Shown here: piece after piece, positions 26,091 through 39,122 of the stretch
Layout of the letters: every line of letters begins with the position of its first letter
How positions within the stretch are numbered: position 1 is the first letter of the stretch
DNA from: Callorhinchus milii
Taxonomy: Eukaryota
Assembly (NCBI RefSeq): GCF_018977255.1
Contig: NW_024704743.1
Span: 64,110,001 to 64,174,000, forward strand
Direction of reading: 5' to 3'
DNA: 64,000 bases
The notes under the pieces: generated by a model
Database searches by the model: none
Told to the model about the DNA's origin: nothing
Seen by the model: only the letters and a program-made list of their open reading frames with translations
Made by a program: the position numbers and the translations under genes

Positions 26091-27262
26091 AAAACAACAA
26101 CAACAAGATTACATTTGTATAGCGCCTTTCACGTCTGGAGGATGTCCCAAGGCGCTGGACGGTGTACAGCATTTTAGACCCAAGCTGGGTCAGTGGGGGA
26201 GAAGGGAGGGGCGGGGAAGGGGGGTAACCGATGGCATAGTCGAAGAGGAGGGTCTTGAGACGGGACTTTAAGGAGGGGGCGAGGTGGAGTGATTGGGGGA
26301 TGGAATTCCAGAGGTTGGGGGCAGAGTGGCTGAAGGCTCTCCCGCCAATGGTGGGGCAGGTGGGTCGGGGGACGTGGAGCAGGCCAGTGCCGGCTGAGCG
26401 GATGGAGCGGGCGGGCGGGCGGGTTGTCAGGGGGTTAGGAGGACGCAGAGGTGGGGGTGGGGGCGAGACCATGGAGGGCTTTGTCGGTGAGGACCAGGAT
26501 CTTGAACTGGATCCTCTGAAGGATAGGGAGCCAATGGAGTCGGGCGAGAATGAGGGAGATGGGGCCATGGAGTTTGGTGCGGGAGAGGACACGGGCTGCA
26601 GAGTTCTGGATTATCTGCAGCCTGTGGAGGGAGGAGTTGGGAAGGCCGACAAACAGGGTGTTTGCATAGTTGAGCCTGGAGGTGATGAAGGCATGAACAA
26701 GAATTTCAACAGCTTGAGGGGTGAGGTAGTGGCGGAGTTGGGCGATGTTACGGAGGTGAGGGAAGGCAGAGCGGGTCATGGCTTGGATGTGGGGAAGAAA
26801 AGACAGTTGAGGGTCGAACAAGACACCAGGTCCCTGACTGGCTGGTGAGTTGATGTGCAACCATGGAGGTTGATGCTGCCAGAGCCTGAGGTGCTGAGGC
26901 GCTGGCCCGAGCCAATCAGGAGGGCCTCAGTCTTGTTCACATTCAACTGTAGGAAGTTTGCCCTCATCCAGGACTTGATGTCCGACAGGCAGTCTGTCAG
27001 GACAGCAGTGGTCCTGGAGTTGAGGGTGGAGGCAGAAAGATAGAGTTGGGTGTCATCCGCATATATAGGAAGTTGACCCCATGTCTGCGGATGATGTCAC
27101 CAAGGGGGAGCACGTAGATATTAAAGAGGAGAGGGCCAAGGACAGAGCCCTGGGGGACCCCAGACATGACAGTGTGGGGACTGGAGGAGAAACCATTAGA
27201 GGCAACAAAGTGGAGACGGTGAGAGAGATAGGAATCGAACCAGACAAGGGCAGGTCCGCGAA
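26091..27262 (-). mobile_element. Young L2 LINE, 3' 1.2 kb (RT C-terminal half to tail)
   Basis: [49 protein letters not shown] motifs with frameshifts. Confidence 0.92.
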
Positions 27263-27424
27263 GATTAATTAAAGAGGAGAGGCGCAAAAGAGCAGGATTG
27301 GGATTGAACTGTCCCACTCTATTGCCTGTCCTGGGAAAGTTTTCATAGTTTTTCTGATTGATCAATTACACCCTTGGAGTATCACCAACATTCTTCTATG
27401 AATACACTTTATAATAAAATGCTA

Positions 27425-28470
27425 TGTATCCTCTCTGTCTCCTCGTCCTTCTCGATCTCTCTCCCACCTTCAACACTGTTGACCATCTATTCTTCTCCAC
27501 TGCCTTTTCTCTCAGTTTCAAAATGGTTCTGTCCTGGTCTGGTTTCACTCCGACCTTTCCCATTGTCTCCACTTTGTAAGCATTACGGCTTCTCCTCTAG
27601 CCCTCATACCGTCACGTGTGGTGTTCCTCAGGGCTCTGTCCTTGGTCCTCTCTTCTTAAATATTTACGTGCTCCCACTCAGAGGTATCATCCACAGACAT
27701 GGGGACACCTTCCACTCTCGACTCCAGGACCACTGTGTCCTAATGGATTGTCTATCAGATATCGTCCTGGATGAGAACCAGTTTCCTCCATTTGAATGTC
27801 GACAAGACCGATACTCTCCTTGGCTCCCGTCAGTGTCTCCTCACCTCAGGCGATGACAGGGTCACTATTCATGGATGCACACTCCACCTCACTAAGCCAA
27901 TATGGAACCTTGCTGTGCTGTTCGAACCTCAACTGTCATTTAATCCACTCATCCATGCCATGACCTCGCTCAGCCTTCCCCCACCTCCGCAACATTGCCT
28001 CCACCACTATCTCTCCCCTCAGGCTGATGAAGTTGATAAAGTCCTTGATTTTCCTTTCCGCTTTTAGTAGTCCATCATCCATACTTTCAATGCATTCAGA
28101 CTTGACTTTGCTAATTCCCTGCTAACCAGACTTCCCAACTCTTCCCTCCACAAACTACAAAATTATTCAGAATTCTGCAGCTCATGGTCTCTCCCATTCC
28201 AAGCTCCGAGAATCAATCACCCCCATCCTCGCTTGCCTTCAACTGAATCCCTGTTCCTCAGAGGATTGAGTTCAAGATCCTCATCCCCACTTTTTAAGAC
28301 CTACACTGTCTTGTGCCTCCCTGTCTCTGCAACCTACTAAACCGTTACCAACCTGTCCACTGCCTCTGCTCAGCAGGCACTGACCTCCATTTTGCCCGCT
28401 CTGCCTGCTCCACCATCGGTGGTCAGGCCTTCAGCCTTTCTGCCCCCACCATATGGAACTCCATCCCCTT
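27425..28470 (+). mobile_element. Older L2 LINE RT fragment, head-to-head with the preceding L2
   Basis: [43 protein letters not shown]. Confidence 0.88.
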
Positions 28471-28478
28471 GGTCCCCT

Positions 28479-28698
28479 CCAGGACTAAGAAATTAGGTGA
28501 GTTTATGGTTAAAAATGGGAAGCAGCTAGACCTTTGCCAAGACCCCTTATGTGAGGGGCTTGGCAAAGTAACATGCCTGCTGTGAATCTTCCTTCATCAG
28601 TAAAATGCCAAGTGACAGGTCAGTGTAGGCTAGATCCTTCCCTCTCAGTTGCTGCTTTCCCTTTTTAACTGTAAACTCACCTAATTTCTTGGTCCTGG
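28479..28698. repeat. 48-bp inverted repeat enclosing a second hairpin
   Basis: Arms 28479-28526 and 28651-28698 are 43/48 complementary; inner stem at 28532-28568. Confidence 0.9.
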
Positions 28699-30869
28699 TC
28701 TTTGCCAATGGGCAGAAGTAAAGCTTTCTGTGGAGGGTTGTGATCACGTGCCAACCTGTTCCTCTGTCTCAGGCATTGTCTATGGGAAGGAAGGAGATTC
28801 GATCGAGGAAGAAAGTATTCTTGAGTCGTCACATAATTGTGACTTGAACTATAGTTCAGACAAATATTTTTCTTGCATCAATTATACAAAGAGTTTATTT
28901 TCAGTGTATTTTCAAATAACTAACTTTTCATTCAGTTAATTTGCAAGTTTTGCAATCAGTGTGCTAAACTTGGTGAACACAATGCGCTATATGGCCCTTG
29001 TGCTTTGTGCTATCTCCTCCTGTATCATAGGAAACTACTGTAGAGATGGCCAATGCTTTCATACTGTACTAAACATCGCACTATAGAAAGGACTATAGTA
29101 CTGAATGCTCTACTATAGTAGTGCTCTCATCTTTCACTTTCTTTGGACGCTCTCACCCTATGAAGTGGTACATACAGCAATAGTATACCAAGTACATTAA
29201 CATACCAAGTGTATCTGTATACCAAGCAGTAGTCTACTAGGTGTATTGGTATCCTGAGTGTATTGGAGTACCAAGGGAATGCCATTTCTGTGCCAAGCTC
29301 CGTGTAAAGATGTACCAATACCTATCTTAACTCTCAGAATAATTAATCCAACTAATTCTAACATGATTTGCCTCGTTCCCAATCACAGTAAAATACAATT
29401 GACCTTATGCAGCATCTTTCACATCAGAAGAACATCTCAAAGTGTCATACACAGCTAGCTGTGCAACCGAGCCAGAGGAGCTTCTATTAAGTTGAATAGA
29501 CAGCAAACTTAATTTATACGACAAATGTGCAGGAACTAGAACTGAGACTTATACTACGAGATATAAGTGAGTATTCTTACCTGGTGTGAACTTCCTGTAC
29601 ACACAGGGTGATGGCACAGAACCTATTTTCAGCCCAATTTACGCAACTATCACATTCCATTAACATGTGCTTTTCCCACTGGATTAGGTTAAGATTACAG
29701 GGAACATTTTGGATTAGAGTAAATAAACTGATTTTATCATAAAACTGATCTCCATATCATAGCCCATCTGGCAACTCTAAACTTCTCAGCTGCTGGAAAT
29801 GGAGTAACATTGAGACTACAGATGACACTGATTGATATAGTTGCACAGGATCATCAAGCAAACTGAACCCTTAAGCCTTTGGAGTATTGAATGTACTTAG
29901 CGGATTTCTAACTACATACATCTTTTATGTGATGTGGCATCTGGATATTCCACCCACTCTATGTGATTGTGTAGGTTATAAACTGCTTTTAAAAGGTGGT
30001 CCAGGAGCTACAGTTGTGAATTTTTGACATTAAAACTAAGGTATCAGGTAGTATCAGATAGTTTACTAGATTTGACTGCTCTTGGGAGAAGGAAGACAAA
30101 ACTGTTTGGAACTCTATTGATGATATTTGCCACTTCCCTCTCCTTAACCTAGAGCTAATCAAGGCATGTGATAAGGAGGCCAAAGCCTAAGTGATAAGAC
30201 TATGAATAATAGTTACAGAAGTCCATGAATATGCACTTCATTGCATTCAGCAGAACTCTCATCAGAGAGCCATTTAGAACAGGAAAATATCAATTTTGCT
30301 TCCTGTTCTAAATTTATCTTCTGCTGGAAAATATTTTGTCCAGTAGAATAAATTAGACATTAATGCGCTTGAGGCAAGGAAGTGCCACCCATTGAATTAA
30401 TGAAGTGACCCATCAACCAACACATTGCAGAAGAGACCAAGGATGATCCCCACTGTTAAAAAGATAAGCTGTGAGAAATAAGTAGATAAGATAGTACTTA
30501 TTAGGAATTATTACTTATTATTAGGATTATTATTATAAGCTAGTACTCTACTCTTGAAAAGAGATGTCACAGAGAACATTATAGATATATATATATATAT
30601 ATATCGGATTGAGAAAGTAAACAAAGATCAATATCCAAAGCAGTAGATACACTGGGCACAGGTTTGTGAAGGGCAATATGAGGACATACACCAAGAAGCA
30701 TTTTTATACTCGAAAGGCAATTAATAGCTGGAATGGATTATTATGAAAGGTTGTAGAAGCCAAAACACTAGCTCATTTAAGAAACAGCTTGATGCTAATA
30801 ATGGGAAGTTCTGCAAGGTTTTTTTCCATTGAAGTATCTTAAAATGGTATCTTAAAAAATCTTAAAAAG

Positions 30870-31580
30870 TACCTAAATGGGGTAGAGGAGCAAAGGGATC
30901 TAGGGGCACACATACGCAATTCACTAAAAGTAGCAACGCAGGTTAATAAGGCCTTAAAAAAAGCAAACCAGGCATTGGGGTTCATTTCTAGAGGGATAGA
31001 AATGAAAAGCAGGGAAGTTATGGTAAACTGCTTTAGACCCTTGGTTAGACCACACCTAGAATACTGTGTGCAGTTCTGGTCCCCACATTATAGAAGGGAT
31101 GTAGAGGCACTGGAGAGGGTGCAAAGGAGATTCACAAGGATGATCCCAGAACTGAGAGGTTATACTTGGACACTTTTGTCTTGAAAAGAGGAGGGTAAGG
31201 GGTGGCCTGATAGAGGTCTTTAAAATGATGAAAGGTTTTGATAGGGTAGACATAGGGAAGATGTTTCCACTTGTGGGGGAGACCAAAACCAGGGGCCATC
31301 AATATAAAATAGTCTTAAATAGATCAAAAAGGGAAGTTAGAAGAAATTTCTTCACACAGAGAGTAGGAGGAATGTGGAACTTGCTATCACAAGGAGTTGA
31401 TGAAGCAAATAGTATAGATGTATTTAAGGGGAAGTTAGATAGATTCATGAGGGAGAAAAGCATAGAAGGTTATGCTTGAAGGCTTAGTTGAGGAAGGGCA
31501 GGAGGAGGCTCATGTGGAGCATAAACATCAGCATAGGCCAGTTGGGCCAAATGGCCTGTTTCTGTACTGTACATTCTAGT
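30870..31580 (+). mobile_element. CR1 LINE 3' end
   Basis: LVRPHLEYCVQFWSPHYRRDVEALERVQRRFTRMIP, TRGHQYKI, RRNFFTQRV; tail gggccaaatggcctgtttctgtactgtacattcta. Confidence 0.92.
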
Positions 31581-31944
31581 GTATTCTAATGTATAAAAGT
31601 ATAATGCCACATGTAATCTACAAATCTTGAATAAAATACAAAGCACTGTGGAACTAGAAAAAAGTGTATCATGCAATTTGGTGGTCATTGCAATATTTTC
31701 ATAAATCATTCTAATGTAATATATTTGTATCATATATGTCCCAATTTAGTGCAGAACAATTTTGCACTCTACATTAGTGCCCAATTAAAAGTAGGTGAAA
31801 CTATTCAAATATTTCAAATGTAATCTTGTTGTTATTTCAATGAGTGCAATTAGAGACTTTTATCCCATTAGTTTGGACTGAAAATCAAGCCAAGTTCTGA
31901 GAGATGGAAAAGATAGTGTGTTAACATAAATATTCTCCTAGCAT

Positions 31945-32355
31945 AAACAACAACAACAACTTGCATTTATATTGCATTACCCTCATGCAGGGTAGAGTTC
32001 CAGAGCTCTTGACAGTGGCGGAGCATAGCGCAGAACCGGGGGGATGTGACTGTAGGCATGGTCAAAGAGGAAGGTCTTCAGGCGCGACCTGAAGATGGGG
32101 CAGGAAGGGGCAAGGCGGAGGGATAGAGGAAGAATGCTCCAGAGTTTTGGGGCATAGTGGCTGAAAGTATGGCCAACGATGGTGGAATGGAGAGCACGAG
32201 GGACATGCTATTGTAACAGAGGGGTCAAGCGGGAGTAATGGGTTGGAAGTAAGCAGGTCGGAGAGGTAGGGAGGTACCAGGGCATGAATTGATTTGAAAA
32301 CGAGTGTGAGGTTCTTGAAATAGATCCGTTCGACAATAGGGAGCCAGTGGAGTAT
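31945..32355 (-). mobile_element. L2 LINE 3' end
   Basis: LHWLPIVERIYFKNLTLVFKSIHALVPPYLSDLL; (AAC)n tail. Confidence 0.85.
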
Positions 32356-33574
32356 GTAAAACATCCCATTACATGCTGTAGACCTCAATTAAACAGCGCT
32401 ATGATTTTTACAGTAATTTGGCACAATTTCTGCTTAAAATCATCCAAAAAAGTGTAAAATAAGATGATCATCAGAAGTCAACAACAATAACAAACAAACA
32501 ACAACAAAATGTAATGCCTTTCACAACGGGAGGATGCCCCAGGGTGTTGAAGCATGTGCTGTGGTAACTGATATGTCACACTTGCACTGGGGTGCAAATT
32601 AAATATTTTACAGTGTGTAAGTGTTTTTACCCTTTTTCTAACATTCATTAGGATTGTTGATGTTAACAAACCACCAATAGTCAAAAAAAATTCCGATCTT
32701 CATGATTAATATCCTTCACCTTAAAAAAATCATTCAATTAAAATGTATCAGCAATTTACATTTTTAAATTCACAGATGTGAATTTTATTGAATTTATTGT
32801 GACATTTGAATTCCTTTTTTAATGGACTTTTCCAATTTGATTGATTGGATTAGACGTATTTGAAGCACTGAAATAAAGCTGGGAGTTACTTGTATTCACA
32901 AAACACCACCAACAACAACAAAATTACATTTGTAAAGCGCCTTTCACGTAGGGAGGACGTCCCAAGGCTCTGGATAGACAGAGTGACAGTCACCACTTAT
33001 CAAATCACACATATACAGTTGCATGAACTAAATTAAAATACAATTCTTTTAGTTTTGAAACGGTTGAAGGGCTCTAATGAACTGAGTTTGCAGCTTTGCC
33101 CACAGCATAAAGATGTGTCTGAGCTTCAAAAGGCAGCTACTCAAATTGAAGGTTGAAATTCTACTTTTTGTAGCAGAGTGAGTAAATATTTCCTTTTCAT
33201 AAAAAGCTTCTCCAGCTCAGCTAGCAACATGAATAGACAAAAGAAACTTTCTTTTTCCAGTCCTGTTGATATATAACTTTCAAATGTGCGCTCAACAAAA
33301 TGAAACTTAAATTTACCAGCTTCTCATTTTACACTACAGCATTTCTCAATGTCAGTTTTGGTTTCATTGATAATTTGCACATTAATTGGAAAAAATAATT
33401 CACCTTTATAACTTTAGGAATGATTTTTAAAAAATCTCAATCTTACCCTTTGGGTAAAACAATACAAAATATTGCGTTCAAGAATGAAATTAAAATTGCA
33501 AAAATGAAAACAGAAACTGTGCAGGCAGTTATTTCATACAGAAACCTTTTGTAAACTGATTTTTTATGACTGTT

Positions 33575-33760
33575 ATTTCGAAAGCTGACGTAAGAATAAA
33601 AGCAGAACACTGGAAGGCTTTGTACTTGATTGTTAGCAACAATTGTCAACCAGGTTACTGGAACATACAGACATCACGTGATCCATACAGACGTCAAACT
33701 GAATAAACTCTCTGTGTATTATCTCCCGCCTCCTTCCAGCAGTCGCGAGGAAGACTAAAA
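33575..33760. promoter_or_regulatory. Candidate promoter/enhancer motif cluster
   Basis: Local CpG retention; TGACGTAA (33586), palindromic ATCACGTGAT E-box (33673-33682), GACGTCA CRE-like (33690), TCCCGCC, GTCGCGAG; motif evidence only. Confidence 0.35.
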
Positions 33761-33814
33761 TCTCTGTATTGTACATTTTTAGTAACTTCTTTCTCCCAAC
33801 ACCCTCTCCCCCAG

Positions 33815-33964
33815 GATACATTTAGGGCAAGAGTATATCTGCGTGACGACAGCAACATTGCTGCTTAAAGGCCACTGACAAGCATACGTGCAAAGTAAAA
33901 GCACTGGAAAATAGCTGAAAGCTGATATTATTGAAACTGGTGATTACAAAGAATTACAACACTG
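33815..33964 (+). other. Probable non-coding 5'-UTR exon of the PCBP3-like gene
   Basis: agtaac branch-like site plus C-rich tract cttctttctcccaacaccctctcccccag; donor ACTG|gtatgt; no ATG in the 150 nt; non-repetitive sequence 5.7 kb upstream of the ATG exon. Confidence 0.5.
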
Positions 33965-35656
33965 GTATGTTTTGAATATTATTTCCGGCAGATCCTTTGT
34001 AGCAGGAACAGTACTCTTTTGCTGGAAATCAAAAAACATTGCAGTCTCAACAGCAAGAGCTTGAAATGTGAGTGTTTTAAATTTAGAGGGTTACAACAGA
34101 GAAAGAATGAAGAATGCAATCTGGGTGGTGTACAGAGGTTGGTCTCTCAGCCAGTGCATGTTCTATAAACATTTTGGACTTTGCACTGGTTAGCTTTCCC
34201 GTTGCAAACTCCCTGTCAGAAATAAAACTCAAAAAGTACTGGGTGTTACAGTTCTTTATAAATAACCTGGTCTATATTCAAATTGTTACTAAGAAAAAAA
34301 TATTCTCTTCTCTAGCACATTTACACCCACCTCCAGAAATAGAGCACTAATATATTGTATGTGGTGTACTGTATATGATTCTGGAACTGAAATATTCCTA
34401 TTAATATGAAAATCAGTTAGGTCTGCCAAAATGAATTAGGACATTCATATAGTCTGGTGAAACTTGCAATATTTTGTAAGAGATATAATGAAATAATTTG
34501 TTTTAATTAATTGTCCCCATTGTAACAATGATCCTTAATCTTCCTAGCATTTGATATAATGCTTTATTGTTCCTTCAAAATGCCTCAAAGGGCTTCACAA
34601 GATTTACCGTATAGTGACTGTGTATTTTGAAGGCAAATATGGCAGCCAATTTGCACCCAGCTATGTTCTACAAATAGCCATGAACTAAATAACCAATTTT
34701 TATCTGGGGATTGTTAGCCAGGACACCAGGAGAAACTAATTTCTCTATTATAATGTCAGAAGTCTAATAAAGAAAAACATGCTGAACTGAAAAGTTTTGT
34801 TTCTTCTTAATAATAATCGTTGCATTTGATATAGGGCCTTATCATGTCTTCGAGAGGTATCAAACACTTCACAGTCATTTTCATTTTATTTTGTGTGGGA
34901 GAAGACCTATTGACATTTTATACTATGTACATTAACATTTTACACTAAGATAATCATAGAAAGGGGTAATATTTTCAGTTTTTACAAGCACTAAACCTAG
35001 GTACAAAAGTCTGCTCTGTTTCAATTTGTCCTTAATGATTATTACTGCCTTCATGATTCAAGGAAATTGTAAATACAGCAACATTTACATAGTACCTTCC
35101 ATATTGGAAGCAAGACTCAGTTTGAGTTCACACTTGTGGACAGCCTTGAGTCATACAGTAGATTAGAAAGGGTGATTTTTTTTACAGATTTGATAACGCA
35201 TTGAACCTGTTAAGACACATCACATTTTATACTCATATATTTAAAAATATAAATCCATGGTAAGTGTGAGCAGTGTGAATATGAATAATAGGTTTGAGTG
35301 CCCTTATCATCACTCCAGTGCCAGCAATACTCGACTCCAATTGATATAAAACAATAGATCAAAAAATAGCTAGAGTTGAAGGGAGTATAACTATTTAGAG
35401 AGGGCCATTGAGGAAACCATTAACCTAAAAATTCCCTCCACAGATTTGGTTTTTGCTTAGCGGAAATCCATCATCATGCTGAGGAATATCAAATCTGGTC
35501 ATATGTTTCATGTCTGTTTGTGGAACACTGCTGTGCACAATTGTGCTGCGACATTTGCTTACAAATACACAGTCACTCCATGTCACAGTAAATCCTATGA
35601 AGCGCTTTGAGACGTACTTCTGACATGATAAGGACCAGTACCAAATCCAAGGATTA

Positions 35657-36558
35657 TCTATACTAATGAAGATGTGATGTCTGTGTGTCTGTCTGTGTGT
35701 CCACTAAGAACTCAATAATCGATTGAAGTAGAGACATGATTTATACCTCAGTGGAAAGGTCTTGCATGGGGGAGTGTCATGTTTTATGGGTATCTCCTAG
35801 CATTTGATGAGCTATGACCTAAACAAGCTCATCACACATGTATGACAGTTACATGTAAGCTGCAGTTACATCCGGTGGCCGCTCCGATTTACAGTGGTGC
35901 TGTGGCATGCAGCACACATGCACTCACACAAAGCCGAGTGGCAGGAACAAGATGGCGGTGGTGAGGTAGTAGTTACCTCGAGTGGCGTTGATGGCAGCCA
36001 TTCGGCTGCTTTTCCTGCTGCTCCTGGGTGGCCCTGGGCTGGGCAGCACCTTGTCAGAGTTGGGCCGGTGGCGGGTGATAGTTGGCTCAGTAAGGCCACA
36101 GGGTTTCCGAGTTCCTCCATGCCGTGGCCAAGCAGCGACTAGCTAGGGCGAGTGAAGCCTGGGGTTTGAGTTGGGGCCTCACCTGGGGCTGGAGTTTAGT
36201 CCCTCCCCCTTTACTTGCCCTTAAGTGTATAATTTTATATAATAACCGATCTTATACTGATAAAGACAAAATGTCTGTCTGTGTCTGTCTGTCCGTCAAT
36301 AATACAATAACCGATTGACATAGAGACATGAATTATACTTCAACAGAAAGGACTTGCATGGGGGAATGTCATGGGCATATTTTTATTGGGGAGGGATCTA
36401 TCGTTGATGAGCTATGAGCTAAGCAAACTAAACACACGTATGGTAGTTTTGCTTCAGGTGTACACACAGTGTTTATGGGACGTTAAATGGTATCACTGAA
36501 ATCTACATTCTATATTGGATCCTTTGGTTGCAAGCAAAGCTGCAATGGGAACAGCTAG
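35657..36558 (+). mobile_element. Non-autonomous Helitron, composite with two 5' ends (35657 and 36250)
   Basis: A|TCTATACTAAT 5' end followed by (TGTC)n-like microsatellite; 3' hairpin TTGCAAGCAAAGCTGCAA (36528-36545) then CTAG|T; sits between A and T inside a SINE (ATT)n tail with no TSD. Confidence 0.75.
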
Positions 36559-38844
36559 TTATTATATAAAACCTGACTGAGAACTACACTTATATGTCAC
36601 CTACATGCGGAAATGTCCTTGTGTCTGGAATGCGCACTCTCTTGCTAAAGAGATGGACCCTGTTTACCCAAATCTATAGAGTATTAGGCAAGAGCCAAGG
36701 CTTGGGAATCCCAGAGCGTGTATTGGGGGTACTCATTCAGAGCGCTGTGTGGCAAGCTTCACACTGCTTGTCCAGATAGGACCACCTTACCCATTAGAAC
36801 TTTGGATAGCAAGGTTATTAAGAATCAAGTAGGAAAAATCCCTGCCCCCAGTCTGCCTCTCCAAATCCTGCTGATGATAAGCCAGACTGGCTGGTCTCCT
36901 ACCAGCAATGTCTTTGAATACTGCGATCTGTCTGTCTCAGGAATCGAACAACCGAGACCAGTACAGAAGGTTGATTCAATTACAATGTTCCATTGTCAAG
37001 CATGACACCTTCAAATCAGCTCAGAACAAAGTGATCTCCGCTATATCCTCTCCTTCTTCCCCCCGCATCCCCCCATCAGAGGGTAGTCGCTTGTTGATCA
37101 TTTAACAGCGGCAGCTTGAGCCGTCATTAAATGGATACCGATACCAGGAACTCACTGCAAGCTTTCTGTTGCAACGCAAAATATGGGAGAGCATTGCCAC
37201 CATTTTCTTGTCCATAGTTTGAACACACCTTCCTACCAATTGAATGATAGTTCCAGTATTTGGAAGTGTGGAGTTTGAGCAATAGCTCAGCATAATAATG
37301 ATGATGATTGTTGTTGATTATGATTTAGCTCACGAAAAAATACACAGTCAATCCACTTTACAGTATATCGTGTGAAGTCTTTTAAGACATTTTGACGACA
37401 TAAAAGGCACTATATCAAATACAAGGATTATTATTATGAGCACGAGGATATATTCAGCACTTTAGCCCAGACCAACCCATTGTGAATCAAAGCATATTAT
37501 CTATAAAAGTGCAAACATGGCTATACTGTGAACTTATTCTTGTTTAGCTCCTGCATATGTTTTTTAAGATACAGGAGTGTAATGTTTAAGTTCCTGTTTA
37601 GAATACCTGGGTGTCTACTAACTGCTTACAAAGAAGGTCATATTTAAGATGTTGAGCAAAAGCTCAAAAGAGTTTTGGGTAGCTTTTTAGTGAAAGTAGT
37701 TCTGTCTCAAAGGAATAATTCAAGCTTCAATGCAAACTTAAATAAAGAGCCTTCATTACTATTCCAAGTGAAAGGAATCCCTTACATTTGTATCTACATT
37801 ATTAAATCCTCCTTTCTCAAATAGGCTCCATTAAAATTGCCTTCAGGTGTGACCTGCAATCGCTTCTCCTTCACTCAGGGCTGAGGTTAGTAATTGCACA
37901 GCGCTGGCTATCATCTGTTAACCATTTTAAGAGTGCTCATTCAGGTGGATGTAATAATGACACTCATTGGGGGCAAGATCCATCCATGATGAAACCAAGA
38001 ATTTCCCCAAAAAAGAACTAAACTTAATTTATAAGCCTTAGATCAGGGCAACGTTTGGTTTAATCTATGATAGATTTGTGGCTCTTTACTCTCTCTTATC
38101 TGGATTAAATAAGGTTCTGATTATTCCTCATGTCATCAAGAATAAAGTCATTTTGTGAAAGGATGTCAAGGGAAGGGCGCTGAAATTGTCCTGGGGCACA
38201 TACAGATAGATCTCCAAAAAAAGCTGGAAACCTGGCAGCATTAATCCATGTGATGAATGGAACAAGCTACATACGTGTATTTAATTACATTGCTGTTCAA
38301 TAAGCGCATTTGGTGCTCGGATCCCAAAGTATTTAATATTTGTAGTTCCAACAGAATACGACCTTATGCAGTTTGTTGAAATTATTCTTAATATTTGACT
38401 GAGGAGGCATGTGTCCTGTACAATGTTAAATGTTGGCAAAATAAGTCTCTGTCCCCATTAGAGGATTACATCAAAGGTTTATGCATTCCATTAGCCCTTT
38501 GTAGCAGAAAGAAGAGGGCAGTCCCTGGCATATTTTATTTTTGACTCACAGGAATTCACAGAGCACTTCTGCTCAGCTAGCCTGACAAAACTGATCTAAC
38601 CGCTAAAAATAGTCTGTGTTATGTTGAAAATGGAACAACACTAAAACATCTAAAATATTTTGTCAATGAGGGAGAAGGAAGGCCAAGAGTGTTGTGTATG
38701 TTCTCTTTATTACTGGGTCTATTTTTTGGGAGGGAGAAGGAAAACAGGAAGGCTGATTTTGATTTGAAACCACTCGAGTATTGTATCGAACGATTAACAT
38801 TTTTCATAATGCTTGCATTTTGATGTAGCATCTTATTACATTAT

Positions 38845-39122
38845 AATAATAATAGTTGTATTTGATATAGAGCCTTGTCACATCATTGAGACTCTCAAAG
38901 CGCTTCACAGGATATACTGTAAAGTGGATTGACTGCGTATTTCGTGGGTGAAATGTGGCAGCCAGTTGCACACAGCAATGTCCCACAAACAGCCATGGAT
39001 TGAGTAACCAACTCTACTTTGGGGGATCGTTGGCCAAGACACCTGGAGAAACTCCCCTCAAATAGTGCCAAGAGATCTATAACATCCACCTGAACAGGCA
39101 GATGGGACCTCGCTTTAATGCA
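38845..39122 (-). mobile_element. Older Deu-SINE fragment
   Basis: Tail plus Deu core on the minus strand. Confidence 0.72.

Noticed and set aside
26255..26848. Longest ORF in the track (197 aa, +)
   Set aside because: Antisense shadow of a GC-rich L2 ORF2 fragment
29180..29322. Recurrent TACCAAG motif at roughly 17-22 nt spacing, superficially CRISPR-like
   Set aside because: Short, irregular and degenerate in a vertebrate context; best read as a decayed minisatellite
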